DNA of 64,000 bases, from NCBI GenBank assembly GCA_017561575.1, contig JAFZBS010000007.1, positions 15,857-79,856 of the forward strand, written 5' to 3'. Each line of letters begins with the position of its first letter. Position 1 is the first letter of the stretch. The position numbers were made by a program, and so were the translations under genes. Below are positions 7,949-17,872 of the stretch, piece by piece. The notes below the pieces were generated by a model. The model did no database searches and was not told the origin of the DNA. It saw only the letters and a program-made list of their open reading frames with translations. Origin of the DNA: Candidatus Saccharimonadota bacterium (GTDB lineage Bacteria > Patescibacteriota > Saccharimonadia > Saccharimonadales > Saccharimonadaceae).

Positions 7949-8848
7949 ATGAGTCTGAACCGGAAGACTGATAAGACTTTTATTATAGCGACGGCGGTAG
8001 TTTTGGTGTTTGCTGTGGTGCTGTTTTTTATGCGAGGAAATAATACTTTTGCAGGAAATGAAGGCGAAGCGCATGGCGAAGTAAAAGAACATTTTGTGAC
8101 GATAGAAGATGGGAATAGCAGTGTAACGGTAAAAACTACGGCGCAAACCGTAGAAGAGTTACTTAGACGTGCGGATGTGGTTTATACGGAATCTGACATT
8201 ATTAATCCTGGTTTGGAATCAAAAATAGATATGGATGATATGGTGGTGAGTATTTGGCGAGCTAGACCAGTAGTAATTAAAGATGGCGTGAGAGAAAAAT
8301 ACCTGCTTACGACCGAGGTGGATGCAAGGGAAATTGTGGTGAAATACGGTGAGCCGATTTATGAGGAGGATGAAGTGGCGTTAATTCAGGGTTATGATTT
8401 TCTAGCTACGGGTCCGGCCTTTGTTTACAATATAACTCGAAACCATGTAGAGCCGGAGCCAGAACCTGAGCCAGAACTTGATTTGTCTAGTAAGCTTGGC
8501 GTTTCACCACTTACGGCTAGGAGGGGTGTAAACCAGTATACCGTGAACGTAAATGGACGCATGGTCAATAGGAAAGAAACATACTATGATTTGCCGATGG
8601 GCGGGGTGATGTCCATTGCGGCAAGGGAGTGTAAGGTAGAAAAGTTTTATACCGTGAGAGAGGATGGTGTTAAGGTGGATGCGGAAGGTTATGTACTGGT
8701 TGCGGCGGATTTGAATCGTTATCCTAGATGCACAATAGTGGAAACGTCGCTTGGAATGGGAAGAGTGTACGATACTGGGTCGTTCGCACTTTCTAACCCA
8801 GAACAATTTGATCTTGCGACAGATTGGACTAATAGAAATGGTAGATAA
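7949..8848 (+). CDS. YabE/RpfB-like DUF348 protein with a C-terminal 3D-like cell-wall lytic domain
   Basis: N-terminal TM segment, TTAQTVEELL..D.I.P repeats, and VAAD...GRVYDTG...FDLA. Lies upstream of rsmA, the usual synteny. Confidence 0.7.
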   Translation: MSLNRKTDKTFIIATAVVLVFAVVLFFMRGNNTFAGNEGEAHGEVKEHFVTIEDGNSSVTVKTTAQTVEELLRRADVVYTESDIINPGLESKIDMDDMVVSIWRARPVVIKDGVREKYLLTTEVDAREIVVKYGEPIYEEDEVALIQGYDFLATGPAFVYNITRNHVEPEPEPEPELDLSSKLGVSPLTARRGVNQYTVNVNGRMVNRKETYYDLPMGGVMSIAARECKVEKFYTVREDGVKVDAEGYVLVAADLNRYPRCTIVETSLGMGRVYDTGSFALSNPEQFDLATDWTNRNGR

Positions 8849-9578
8849 ATCTCTGGGCCAACATTGGCTTTATAATCGTGCAATTTTAAATGAGATTGCA
8901 ACATTGGCGGGGGAAGGGCCACTTTGTGTTGAGATTGGGCCGGGGCTTGGGACTTTGACCGCGTCGCTTTTTAAACGTTTTGAGAAGGTGATTGCGGTGG
9001 AGTTTGACGCGAATTTGGCGAGTAAATTACCGGGATCGTTTCCGGGTAAGAATCTTGAAGTAGTGAACCAAGATTTTTTGAAGTATGAACTTGAGAATGT
9101 ACCGTCACCTTATGCGGTGGCTGGTAATATACCGTATTATATTACTAGTCCAATAATTAACCATATTCTGGAAAGTAAAAATTTGCCCGAAAAGGCGGTG
9201 CTCTTAATACAAAAAGAAGTGGCGGAGCGTATCGTGGATACGAGAGAAACTTTGCTTTCGCTTAGGTGTAAAAATCGGGCAGAGGTGGAGCTAGGTCCGG
9301 TAGTGGTTGCGAGCGAGTTTACACCGCCGCCAAAGGTGGATAGTCAGGTGATAGTGATGACGCCGCATAAGCCGATTGTGAGCGACGAGGTATTTAAGCT
9401 GATTGAAGCTGGTTTTTCGTCACCGAGGAAGAAAGTGGTAAAAAATTTGGCGAGTATAAAACCTAGAGATGAGGTTAAAGATGTGTTTTTGAAACTGAAG
9501 TTGAATGTGGATGCTAGACCAGGTGATTTACACCTCGCTGATTGGCAGAAAATCCACGATAAATTGTTTAATAAGTGA
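8838..9578 (+). CDS. rsmA: 16S rRNA adenine dimethyltransferase
   Basis: KSLGQHWL, VEIGPGLG, GNIPYYIT and FTPPPKVDS. Confidence 0.92.
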   Translation: MVDKSLGQHWLYNRAILNEIATLAGEGPLCVEIGPGLGTLTASLFKRFEKVIAVEFDANLASKLPGSFPGKNLEVVNQDFLKYELENVPSPYAVAGNIPYYITSPIINHILESKNLPEKAVLLIQKEVAERIVDTRETLLSLRCKNRAEVELGPVVVASEFTPPPKVDSQVIVMTPHKPIVSDEVFKLIEAGFSSPRKKVVKNLASIKPRDEVKDVFLKLKLNVDARPGDLHLADWQKIHDKLFNK

Positions 9579-9593
9579 TATAATGGAGGTAAT

Positions 9594-10838
9594 ATGTTAG
9601 ATGTGAAGTTTATAAGAGAAAATTTGGGGCTCGTGGAGAAATCTACGAAGGAAAAAGGATATAAAATTGATATAAAAGAAGTCTTGAAGCTTGATGATGA
9701 GCGAAAAGAAATCTTGACAAAGGTTGAGGCTTTGAGGGCTAGGCGCAATGAAATTGCTGGCAAGATGAAAGGTGGCAAGCCGGCGCCAGAGCTAATCAAA
9801 GAAGGGAAGGCGATAAAAGAGAAATTGTCGGAAGAAGAACAGGCGCTTGTTTCGCATGAAGAAAAGCTTGGCGCGATGGTAAAGCAAATACCAAATATTA
9901 TTTTTGATGACGTGCCGCTAGGGGGTGAAGAATGCTCGGTAGAGGTAAAAAAGTGGGGTAAACCACACAAAACTGGCGTAGACCATTTGGATTATGCGGT
10001 AAGTCGGGATTGGGTGGATTTTGAGCGTGGAGCAAAGGTGGCAGGTGCGAAGTTCTATTATCTGAAAGATGGGTTGGCTTTACTTGAGAATGCGCTTCTT
10101 CAGTATGGGTTATCTAAAGTGCTCGAGCATGGTTTTACTTTTATGACGGTGCCAGATATGGTGTCGTCAAGAGTGCTTGAGGGCTGCGGGTTTAACCCGA
10201 GGACTTCGGACCAATCTGATGAGTATTACATTGAAGGCGAAGATCTTGCGATGATTGCGACGGCCGAGATGCCACTTACCGGCTATCATATGGATGAAAT
10301 AATTGATGAAGATAAATTACCACTCTTTTACGCTGGATATTCGGCATGTTTTAGAAAAGAGGCGGGAACTTATGGTAAATATACGCGCGGTTTGTTCCGT
10401 GTGCATCAGTTTAACAAGCTTGAAATGTATGCATTTTGTCTGCCAGAACAAAGTAAAGAGATTCACGAGAAGATTTTGGCAATTGAGGAGGATATTTGGC
10501 AGGGTCTGGGTGTGCCATATCATATAATTAATATTGCAGCGGGTGACCTCGGGGCGCCAGCGGCAAAGAAGTATGATATGGAGTACTGGTCACCGGTAAA
10601 TCAAAAATATCAGGAGATTACTTCTTGTTCGAACTGTACGGATTTCCAGGCGAGGTCCTGTAACGTGCGGGTAAGGCGTAAAGATGGTACGGTGGAATTT
10701 GTGCACACCTTGAATGGTACAGCGATTCCTCTTGCTAGGGCGCTCGTGGTGATGTTGGAAAATTTTGCAACGCCGGATGGTAAATTTAAGGTGCCAGAAG
10801 TTTTGAGGCCATATCTAAATGGAAAGGAAGAATTATGA
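9594..10838 (+). CDS. serS: Seryl-tRNA synthetase
   Basis: MLDVKFIREN, ATAE, FRKEAG and HTLNGT. Confidence 0.97.
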   Translation: MLDVKFIRENLGLVEKSTKEKGYKIDIKEVLKLDDERKEILTKVEALRARRNEIAGKMKGGKPAPELIKEGKAIKEKLSEEEQALVSHEEKLGAMVKQIPNIIFDDVPLGGEECSVEVKKWGKPHKTGVDHLDYAVSRDWVDFERGAKVAGAKFYYLKDGLALLENALLQYGLSKVLEHGFTFMTVPDMVSSRVLEGCGFNPRTSDQSDEYYIEGEDLAMIATAEMPLTGYHMDEIIDEDKLPLFYAGYSACFRKEAGTYGKYTRGLFRVHQFNKLEMYAFCLPEQSKEIHEKILAIEEDIWQGLGVPYHIINIAAGDLGAPAAKKYDMEYWSPVNQKYQEITSCSNCTDFQARSCNVRVRRKDGTVEFVHTLNGTAIPLARALVVMLENFATPDGKFKVPEVLRPYLNGKEEL

Positions 10839-11197
10839 TAGAAAAAATAGATATTACGGGACATGATTTTAAAGTTGAAAGTGGACTAGAAAAATATGTA
10901 GAGAAGCGAATTGGAAAATTGGATCGCTATTTGCCAAAAGGTTCAAAAAAAGATGTAGTAGCCAAAATGGTAGTGTCGGCGATAGGTAAGAAATCGATGG
11001 ACAAATATGAGATTTCGGTAGCGATGGAAATTCCTGGTGGTAAGGTGATTGCGGCAAAAGATGAGTGTTCTAACGTGTTTGCCGGGGTTGATTTGGTGGA
11101 AGCGAAACTGACTGGGCAGATTAGGCGATATAAGTTAGAAACGCAGCCGCATCGCCAGAAGAAAAGTTTGAAAAACATCTTTATAAGGCGTAAATAA
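10835..11197 (+). CDS. hpf: Ribosome hibernation factor HPF/RaiA
   Basis: I.ITG...L..YV.KRIGKLDRY...D.VEAKL..QIRRYK. Confidence 0.85.
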   Translation: MIEKIDITGHDFKVESGLEKYVEKRIGKLDRYLPKGSKKDVVAKMVVSAIGKKSMDKYEISVAMEIPGGKVIAAKDECSNVFAGVDLVEAKLTGQIRRYKLETQPHRQKKSLKNIFIRRK

Positions 11198-11229
11198 TAT
11201 GGTACAATAGGGGGAATTAGGAGTTATTT

Positions 11230-14049
11230 ATGATGAAAAAGACCGAGGTGGCAGGTTCGCCAGATAAGAAAAATGCCGAAAAAAAGCCGAAGAAGGTAAA
11301 AAAGGAAAAGAAGCCAACTGATAAGTTGGCCGATAAGACTGCTTTAACTAAGTTTTTGCAGGGCGTGTTTGGTGATGCGCAGAAAAAGATTTTGAAGAAA
11401 CTTTGGAAGCGTGCACAAGAGATTAATAAGCTCGAAGAAAAATACGAGGCGATGAGCGATGAAGAGCTAAAAGCTCAGACAGAAGTTTTTAAGGAAAAGA
11501 TTGATAAAGCGCTGAAGCAAGTACGTGAAAATGCAGAGGAAAATGATAAAAAGAAATCAAAGAAGAAGCATCACAAAAAAGAAGCAGATGATACAAGAAT
11601 TTTGAACGAGATTTTGCCGGATGCGTTTGCGGTGGCGAGAGAAGCTTCGAAACGTATTCTCGGAATGAGGCCATATGATGTGCAGCTAATTGGTGGTATG
11701 GTGCTTAATATGGGTGCTGTGGCGGAAATGAAAACTGGCGAAGGTAAGACGCTCGTTGCAATGCTCCCAGCTTATCTTAATGCTTTGACTGGGCATGGTG
11801 TTCACGTGGTGACAGTGAATGATTATTTGGCACAACGTGATGCGGGCTGGAATGGCCCAGTTTATGATTTTCTTGGTGTATCAGTCGGTGTGATTATTAA
11901 TGATGCTTCGTTTGTATATGATCCTGAGTATGAAAATGAGGAGCATGACGACGAAAGATTTAGACATTTGCGCCCAGCAACTCGTAAAGAGGCTTATAAT
12001 GCTGACATTACGTATGGCACAAATAATGAATTTGGGTTCGATTATTTGCGTGATAACATGACGAGCGAGGTGCAATATTTGCGTCAAAGGGAGCTTAATT
12101 TTGCAATTGTGGATGAGGTAGACTCGATTTTGATTGATGAGGCGAGGACGCCACTTATTATTTCAGCGCCAGCTGGGGATAATCCGGAATCGTATTATCA
12201 GTTTGCAAAGGTGGCATCGAGACTCACGCCAGAGGATTACGTGCTGGATGAAAAGCGTCGTAGCGTAACTTTGACGGATGCTGGGATTGAAAAGGTTCAA
12301 AGTATTCTTGGAGTTGATAATTTGTATTCAACAAAGAATACACCGCTAGTTTATCATATGGAACAGGCACTTAGGGCGGAGATTTTGTTTAAGCGTGACA
12401 AAGATTATGTGGTGACAAATTCTGGCGAAGTGATTATCGTGGATGAACATACGGGTCGTTTGATGCAAGGTCGTCGTTATAATGAAGGTTTGCACCAGGC
12501 GATTGAAGCTAAAGAGGGTGTAGCTGTAAAACAAGAGTCAATGACACTTGCGACGATTTCGTTCCAGAATTTCTTTAGGCTGTATAAAAAGTTGTCCGGT
12601 ATGACCGGCACGGCATTTACTGAGGCGGAAGAGTTCCAACAAATCTATGCGCTTGATGTAATCCAGATACCACCAAATAGGCCAATTATACGCGTAGACA
12701 AAGACGATTTAATTTACAAGACAAAGGCGGCAAAGCTAAAAGCAATTGCGGAAGCGGTGCGTGAGTATCACGAAAAAGGTCAACCGGTGTTAGTTGGCTC
12801 GGATTCGATTGCGAATAATGAAGAGATTGCGAGCTACCTAGATCAATTTGGTTTACAATATGAACTGCTTAATGCAAAAAATAATGAGCGTGAAGCGGCG
12901 ATTGTGGCAAAGGCTGGCGAGAAGGGCGCAATTACGCTTGCTACCAATATGGCAGGTCGTGGTACCGATATTAAGCTCGGTGAGGGTGTGAAGGAGCTCG
13001 GTGGTCTTGTAGTGATTGGTTCGGCAAGACATGACTCGCGTCGAGTAGACAATCAGCTTCGTGGCCGTGGCGGACGTCAGGGTGATCCGGGTACGACGCA
13101 ATTCTTTGTGTCATGTGAAGATGATTTGATGCGTATTTTCCAGGGTGACAGAGTAAAAATGTTGATGACGAGACTCGGCGTGGCTGACGATATGCCAATT
13201 CAGACTAAATCTATTTCAAAGACTCTTGAGGCGGCGCAGAAGCGTATCGAAGGATTTAACTTTGATTCGCGTAAAAATGTGGTGCAGTATGATAACGTGA
13301 TTAACCGCCACCGTAAAGTGGTTTATATGATGCGTCGTAAGATTTTGATGGGTGACGATATTTATCCGGAAATTCAGAGACTAATGAAAGATGAAGTGAA
13401 GAGTTTGACGGAGTTTTCATCGAGAGTCAATAAAGATTTTGATGCGCAATTTAAGGCAGTGTTTGATTTTGACGATGATTTAATTCACGAGATTGGCCTG
13501 AAGCGTAAAGAAAAAGATCGTGAAAAGTTAGCGCTTGAGGCAGTAAAAGAAGCGTACGCGCGTCAGGAAGAAAAGTTCGGCTCAGAGGTGATGCGAAAAG
13601 TGGAGCGTGAAGTGTATCTCAAGGTGCTTGATATGCTTTGGATGCAACATCTTGAAAATATGCAACATCTTCGTGAAGGTATTCACTGGCGTTCGGTGGG
13701 TCAGAGGGATCCTTTGGTAGAATATCGCTCGGAATCGCAGAAGCTATTTGATGGTTTGCAAAGGAATTTGCGTGAAGAAGTTTTGAAGATTTTGCTCACG
13801 ATTACTCCGTCTGAGGCGGCTGAAGATGACGTGACGGATGGCGAGGAATATGAATCTGAACTTACCAAGATGGCTGAAGGCCAGACTGAGCGTGGTGTAA
13901 ATGAAATTTCAAAGGGCGAGAGAAACTTGGATGATGAGTTTAAGAAGGATTCTGGTGGGCGTGGACTTAGTAAAAGACCAGTGAGAAAGACTTCTGCTAA
14001 GTCTAAAAAGTCCAAGAAAGGTAAGAAATCAAAATCGAAGCGGAAATGA
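11230..14049 (+). CDS. secA: Preprotein translocase ATPase SecA
   Basis: AEMKTGEGKT, IVDEVDSILIDEARTP and QLRGRGGRQGDPG. Basic tail in place of the zinc-binding domain. Confidence 0.98.
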   Translation: MMKKTEVAGSPDKKNAEKKPKKVKKEKKPTDKLADKTALTKFLQGVFGDAQKKILKKLWKRAQEINKLEEKYEAMSDEELKAQTEVFKEKIDKALKQVRENAEENDKKKSKKKHHKKEADDTRILNEILPDAFAVAREASKRILGMRPYDVQLIGGMVLNMGAVAEMKTGEGKTLVAMLPAYLNALTGHGVHVVTVNDYLAQRDAGWNGPVYDFLGVSVGVIINDASFVYDPEYENEEHDDERFRHLRPATRKEAYNADITYGTNNEFGFDYLRDNMTSEVQYLRQRELNFAIVDEVDSILIDEARTPLIISAPAGDNPESYYQFAKVASRLTPEDYVLDEKRRSVTLTDAGIEKVQSILGVDNLYSTKNTPLVYHMEQALRAEILFKRDKDYVVTNSGEVIIVDEHTGRLMQGRRYNEGLHQAIEAKEGVAVKQESMTLATISFQNFFRLYKKLSGMTGTAFTEAEEFQQIYALDVIQIPPNRPIIRVDKDDLIYKTKAAKLKAIAEAVREYHEKGQPVLVGSDSIANNEEIASYLDQFGLQYELLNAKNNEREAAIVAKAGEKGAITLATNMAGRGTDIKLGEGVKELGGLVVIGSARHDSRRVDNQLRGRGGRQGDPGTTQFFVSCEDDLMRIFQGDRVKMLMTRLGVADDMPIQTKSISKTLEAAQKRIEGFNFDSRKNVVQYDNVINRHRKVVYMMRRKILMGDDIYPEIQRLMKDEVKSLTEFSSRVNKDFDAQFKAVFDFDDDLIHEIGLKRKEKDREKLALEAVKEAYARQEEKFGSEVMRKVEREVYLKVLDMLWMQHLENMQHLREGIHWRSVGQRDPLVEYRSESQKLFDGLQRNLREEVLKILLTITPSEAAEDDVTDGEEYESELTKMAEGQTERGVNEISKGERNLDDEFKKDSGGRGLSKRPVRKTSAKSKKSKKGKKSKSKRK

Positions 14050-14062
14050 TCCGTATAATACC

Positions 14063-14091
14063 ATTATACCATAAGTGTTTTGATTTGTCAA
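14063..14091 (-). promoter_or_regulatory. Consensus sigma70 promoter directed antisense into secA
   Basis: The minus strand reads TTGACA-17 nt-TATAAT with an extended TG. Confidence 0.6.
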
Positions 14092-14095
14092 GATT

Positions 14096-15367
14096 ATGAA
14101 ACATTCTGTTGAGGAGGTACAGCTGAAAAATGGTGCTAAGGGGCTTCTGATTGACATCCCTGGCGCGACGGTAATGGCGACACGAATTGAGTTTCGGGCG
14201 GGGATGCTTTATGCTAAAAACAAAGATATTTATGAGTTGCCGCACGTAGTGGAGCATTTGGCTTTTGGTGCAAATTCGGGTTTTAAAAATGAGCAGGAAT
14301 TTGAGGCTGAGTTTACGAAAAATGGGGCTTACCACAACGCTTGGACCTCGGATGTGTCGGTATGCTACGAGACGGAGTGTGCGGATTTTGAGTGGGATAG
14401 GATTATGGAATTGCAGAGATTATCTATTTGTGAACCAAAGTTTAACGAGGATGAGCTTAAAAGTGAGAAAGCTAACGTAAAGAGCGAATTGACTGGCTAT
14501 ATGAATGATTATTATCGTTTGCTTTGGCCGCGCGTGCAACAGGCGGTAGGTGAAGATGTGCTGGACCTTGCCCAGAGACGTGATACGATTGCAAATATTG
14601 ATTTAAAAGATATTAGAGAACATTATCGGCGAACACATACGGCAAAAAATATGCTGTTTGTGATTGCTGGCAAGATGAAGGGGCGCAGAAAAGAGATAAT
14701 TCGGAAGCTCGAAGAATGGCCGCTTAAAGAGGGCGAGAAATTTGAGATGCCGTTTACGGATCTTCATGCTGGTGAGGCAGTGTCAATTCGGAGGAAAGAT
14801 GCGTCAAACATTACTTTTGGTTTTTCTTTAGTGACACCGAGACATTTAAGTGCTGATGAAGCATTTACAATGAGCTGTCTAAATCATATTTTAAATGGAA
14901 CGACTAATTCGAAGATCTTTGGAACGGCGAGAAAGCGAGGACTAGTGTATGGCATGGGGAGTTCGATTGCTAATAATGCAAGGAGCACTTATTGGGATTT
15001 TGATGGCGAAGTAAATGTGGAAAATGCGGAAGAGCTGTTCTCGCTAATCCAAGAAGAGATGATGAAGACTTTGAATGGCGAAATAGCGGAGACGGACTTT
15101 GAGGCGGCGAAGTCATATGCTTTAGGTAGATTCCAGATGGGGGCGCAGACGGTGGGGCAAATTGCGGATTATTATGCAGAAAATTATTTTGTGAATGAAG
15201 AAATTGAGAGGTACGATGGTATGCCGGATTTGATAAAACGAATTGACCGTACGAGGATGATTGACCTCGCACGGGAGTTTGCGGGTAGTGGTATTAAGGG
15301 CTTTGCTACCGTTTCGTCAGTTGAAAAAGCATTTATATCTGGGCTTGAGACTAAGCTAAACTTCTAA
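14096..15367 (+). CDS. M16 family (pitrilysin-like) peptidase
   Basis: Inverted zinc motif HVVEH, NAWTS and RKRGLVY. Confidence 0.92.
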   Translation: MKHSVEEVQLKNGAKGLLIDIPGATVMATRIEFRAGMLYAKNKDIYELPHVVEHLAFGANSGFKNEQEFEAEFTKNGAYHNAWTSDVSVCYETECADFEWDRIMELQRLSICEPKFNEDELKSEKANVKSELTGYMNDYYRLLWPRVQQAVGEDVLDLAQRRDTIANIDLKDIREHYRRTHTAKNMLFVIAGKMKGRRKEIIRKLEEWPLKEGEKFEMPFTDLHAGEAVSIRRKDASNITFGFSLVTPRHLSADEAFTMSCLNHILNGTTNSKIFGTARKRGLVYGMGSSIANNARSTYWDFDGEVNVENAEELFSLIQEEMMKTLNGEIAETDFEAAKSYALGRFQMGAQTVGQIADYYAENYFVNEEIERYDGMPDLIKRIDRTRMIDLAREFAGSGIKGFATVSSVEKAFISGLETKLNF

Positions 15368-16580
15368 TTAGAAGTTTAAACTTTGCGCCGCGGTCGTAGA
15401 CGTTTTCGAACATGTCAAAAGAGGCGGCGGAAGGGGACATGAGGACGATGGAATTTGCGAAGTTTTCGGCTTCTTTTTTAGCGGTGGTTACGGCTTCTTC
15501 TAGGGATTCTACTATGATGAATCTTTTATCTTGGTAGCGTTTGGCGAGTTCATGGCCGGATTCGCCCATTAGGACGATTTTTTTGATTTGAGGGGATTTT
15601 AAGATTTCGTAAATTTCGGGGATATCTTTATTGTCGGTCTTGTCGCGGCCGCCAATGATAATGACTAGATTGTCGTTTGGGAAGGCATTGACGGCGACAC
15701 GGGTAGAGGAAGGGTTGGTGGAGAAATTGTCGTCGTAGTATTTGACACCATTTAGTTCACGGAGGAATTCGAGGCGATGAGGAAGACCATGAAAGCTAGA
15801 TAAACCCTGCTTGATTTCCTCTGGAAATTGGCTTAAATATTCATCTGGTGAGATTTTTAAAAAACTCGCAACTGCAGCAATGGCGGCGAGTGCGTTGTTT
15901 ATGTTGTGTTCGCCTGGTAAGGTGATGGCGTTTTTGACGTTATCCGGAATATTAAATGGGTAAGGGATTTTGTGAGCGGGGCTTTTTTCGGCAATTTCTG
16001 CGGAAGTGGGATTGTCTTTGTAATAAATACAGTAGTCGTCTTCTGATTGATGAGCGCAAATGTTGGATTTGGCATTGAGATAATCATCGTAGCCGTCGTG
16101 GACGTTAAGATGATCCGGTTCGATGTGTCCTATAACAGAGATATGAGGGGATTTTTGTAGGTCCCAGAGTTGAAAACTAGACATTTCGTAGACAACGACG
16201 GAAGTCGGCTTGAGGTCGTCTAGGATGTTGATGGCGGGCTCGCCGATATTGCCAACAAGATGGACATCTTCGTGATGGGCATCTAAAAGTGATTCAATAA
16301 ACGAACAGGTAGTACCTTTGCCTTTGGTGGCGGTAACGCCGATAATTGGGCATGGGCAATGGTCGAAAAAATATTTGGTAACGGAAGATTCGTTGGGGAG
16401 ATTAAGGGGTGGAACGGACGGACTGCGGAAAATTATATCATACGATGAATAATCTCTCTGTTTGATTTCTGCGGGAGTGAAATTTTCCAAGATGTCGATT
16501 TCGGTATCTTCGAAGTGGGTTTTAATGTATTGTTCGGCGGCTTTCCCCTCTACGCCGTAACCGAGTAATAATATTTTCAT
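15351..16580 (-). CDS. murD: UDP-N-acetylmuramoyl-L-alanine--D-glutamate ligase
   Basis: VTATKGKGTT, GNIG, EMSSFQL, HRLE and SPSAASFD.F. Confidence 0.95.
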   Translation of the reverse strand: MKILLLGYGVEGKAAEQYIKTHFEDTEIDILENFTPAEIKQRDYSSYDIIFRSPSVPPLNLPNESSVTKYFFDHCPCPIIGVTATKGKGTTCSFIESLLDAHHEDVHLVGNIGEPAINILDDLKPTSVVVYEMSSFQLWDLQKSPHISVIGHIEPDHLNVHDGYDDYLNAKSNICAHQSEDDYCIYYKDNPTSAEIAEKSPAHKIPYPFNIPDNVKNAITLPGEHNINNALAAIAAVASFLKISPDEYLSQFPEEIKQGLSSFHGLPHRLEFLRELNGVKYYDDNFSTNPSSTRVAVNAFPNDNLVIIIGGRDKTDNKDIPEIYEILKSPQIKKIVLMGESGHELAKRYQDKRFIIVESLEEAVTTAKKEAENFANSIVLMSPSAASFDMFENVYDRGAKFKLLIRSLA

Positions 16581-16636
16581 AATAATCTCCTTAAAATGGG
16601 GTTGACTTTCAAAATGGTGTGCGGTAGAATTTAATT

Positions 16637-16680
16637 AAGGTTTAAGGTTATCCTCTGCGTTTAGCAGAGGTAATTTTTAC
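16637..16680 (+). ncRNA. Candidate antisense RNA to the small ORF; 3' end uncertain
   Basis: TTGACT-17-TAGAAT at 16602-16630, then hairpin CCTCTGC-gttta-GCAGAGG followed by a T-rich tract. Confidence 0.45.
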
Positions 16681-16719
16681 TTTGAATAAACCAAAGATTA
16701 GGCTCAGTTCAAAAACCAT
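16648..16719 (-). CDS. Small 23-aa hydrophobic/basic peptide MVFELSLIFGLFKVKITSAKRRG; candidate type I toxin or leader peptide
   Basis: Strong SD AAGGAGG 4 nt upstream, its own minus-strand TGCTATAAT promoter at ~16772-16780, and an antisense promoter on the opposite strand. Confidence 0.55.
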   Translation of the reverse strand: MVFELSLIFGLFKVKITSAKRRG

Positions 16720-16831
16720 AGAACCTCCTTTCTCCCCGCTCTTATTGTAAAAGTGTCAACCCCATGGGGATATTATAGCACAAAAATTCCTCGACTGGTT
16801 ATTGGGGAGGTTTTGTGATATAATAATGGAT

Positions 16832-17872
16832 ATGAATATTTGGGACAAATTGGCGAGGCCGTTTTTGATTTTGGCGCCGATGGAAGGGGTGACGGACGTG
16901 ATTTTTCGCCAGGTGGTGGCGGAAGCTGGCCGGCCGGATTTGTTTTTTACGGAGTTTACTAATGTATCATCTTATGCTTCAGAGAAGGGACGGGCGAATG
17001 CACTAGAGAGGCTAACGATTGCGCCGACGGATCCACCGATAATTGCACAGATTTGGGGTAAAAATCCGGAGCATTTTGCGGTGGTAGCGGGAGCTTTGGA
17101 GGAGCTTGGCTTTGCAGGGGTGGATATTAATTTTGGCTGTCCTGATAAGAATGTGAACAGGGCTGGGGGCGGTGCAGCGATGATTAAAACGCCGGAACTA
17201 GCGGTGGAATGCTTGCGGAATGCGAAAAAAGCAACAAATTTGCCAGTGTCGGTAAAAACGAGACTCGGGTGGAGCTCTATTGACGAGTATAAGGAGTGGT
17301 TGTCAGTACTATTAGGAGAACACCCGGCAGCTCTTACGGTGCATCTTCGTACTAAGAAAGAGATGAGCAAGGTGCCGGCGCATTATGAGTTAATTCCAGA
17401 GATAGTGCGACTGCGTGATGAAATAAGTCCAGAGACAAAGCTAGTAATTAATGGTGATATCAGAGATAAAGCACATGCGATGAGCCTTTACGAGCAGTAT
17501 CCAGAGGTGGATGGGTTTATGATCGGGCGCGGAGTGTTTGTAAATCCGTATTGCTTTACGGATTATCAACCGACCAGGGAAGATTTGGTAAAATTACTAA
17601 AAAAGCATTTAAGTTTATATAGTGAACGTGTGAATGGTTGTTCGAGGAGCATTTGCGACAACGGGAGCAAACTAGCGAGCGAGCCCCGTAACGACGGGCG
17701 CGAGCGAAGCGGCGACGAGAATAACCATCCACACGTTCCATATGAGCCACTCAAGCATTTTTTCAAGATTTATATTAATAATTTCCCGGGGGCGGGGGAG
17801 ATAAGAGCGAAGCTAATGGAAACACATTCGGTGGAAGAGGCGTGGAAGGTGATAGAAGATGCGGGATTATAG
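16832..17872 (+). CDS. dus: tRNA-dihydrouridine synthase carrying an in-frame palindromic insertion
   Basis: LAPMEGVTD, DINFGCP, PVSVKTR, NGDI and MIGRG. Confidence 0.93.
   Translation: MNIWDKLARPFLILAPMEGVTDVIFRQVVAEAGRPDLFFTEFTNVSSYASEKGRANALERLTIAPTDPPIIAQIWGKNPEHFAVVAGALEELGFAGVDINFGCPDKNVNRAGGGAAMIKTPELAVECLRNAKKATNLPVSVKTRLGWSSIDEYKEWLSVLLGEHPAALTVHLRTKKEMSKVPAHYELIPEIVRLRDEISPETKLVINGDIRDKAHAMSLYEQYPEVDGFMIGRGVFVNPYCFTDYQPTREDLVKLLKKHLSLYSERVNGCSRSICDNGSKLASEPRNDGRERSGDENNHPHVPYEPLKHFFKIYINNFPGAGEIRAKLMETHSVEEAWKVIEDAGL
17624..17738 (+). repeat. In-frame palindromic element, copy 1 (in dus)
   Basis: Arms GAACGTGTGAATGGTTGTTC / GAATAACCATCCACACGTTC; core GAGCCCCGTAACGACGGGCGCGA at 17681-17703. 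Confidence 0.85.

Noticed and set aside
8449-8478. Glu-Pro repeat shared with 34972-35037 as a mobile repeat
   Set aside because: Low-complexity protein linkers, likely of independent origin.
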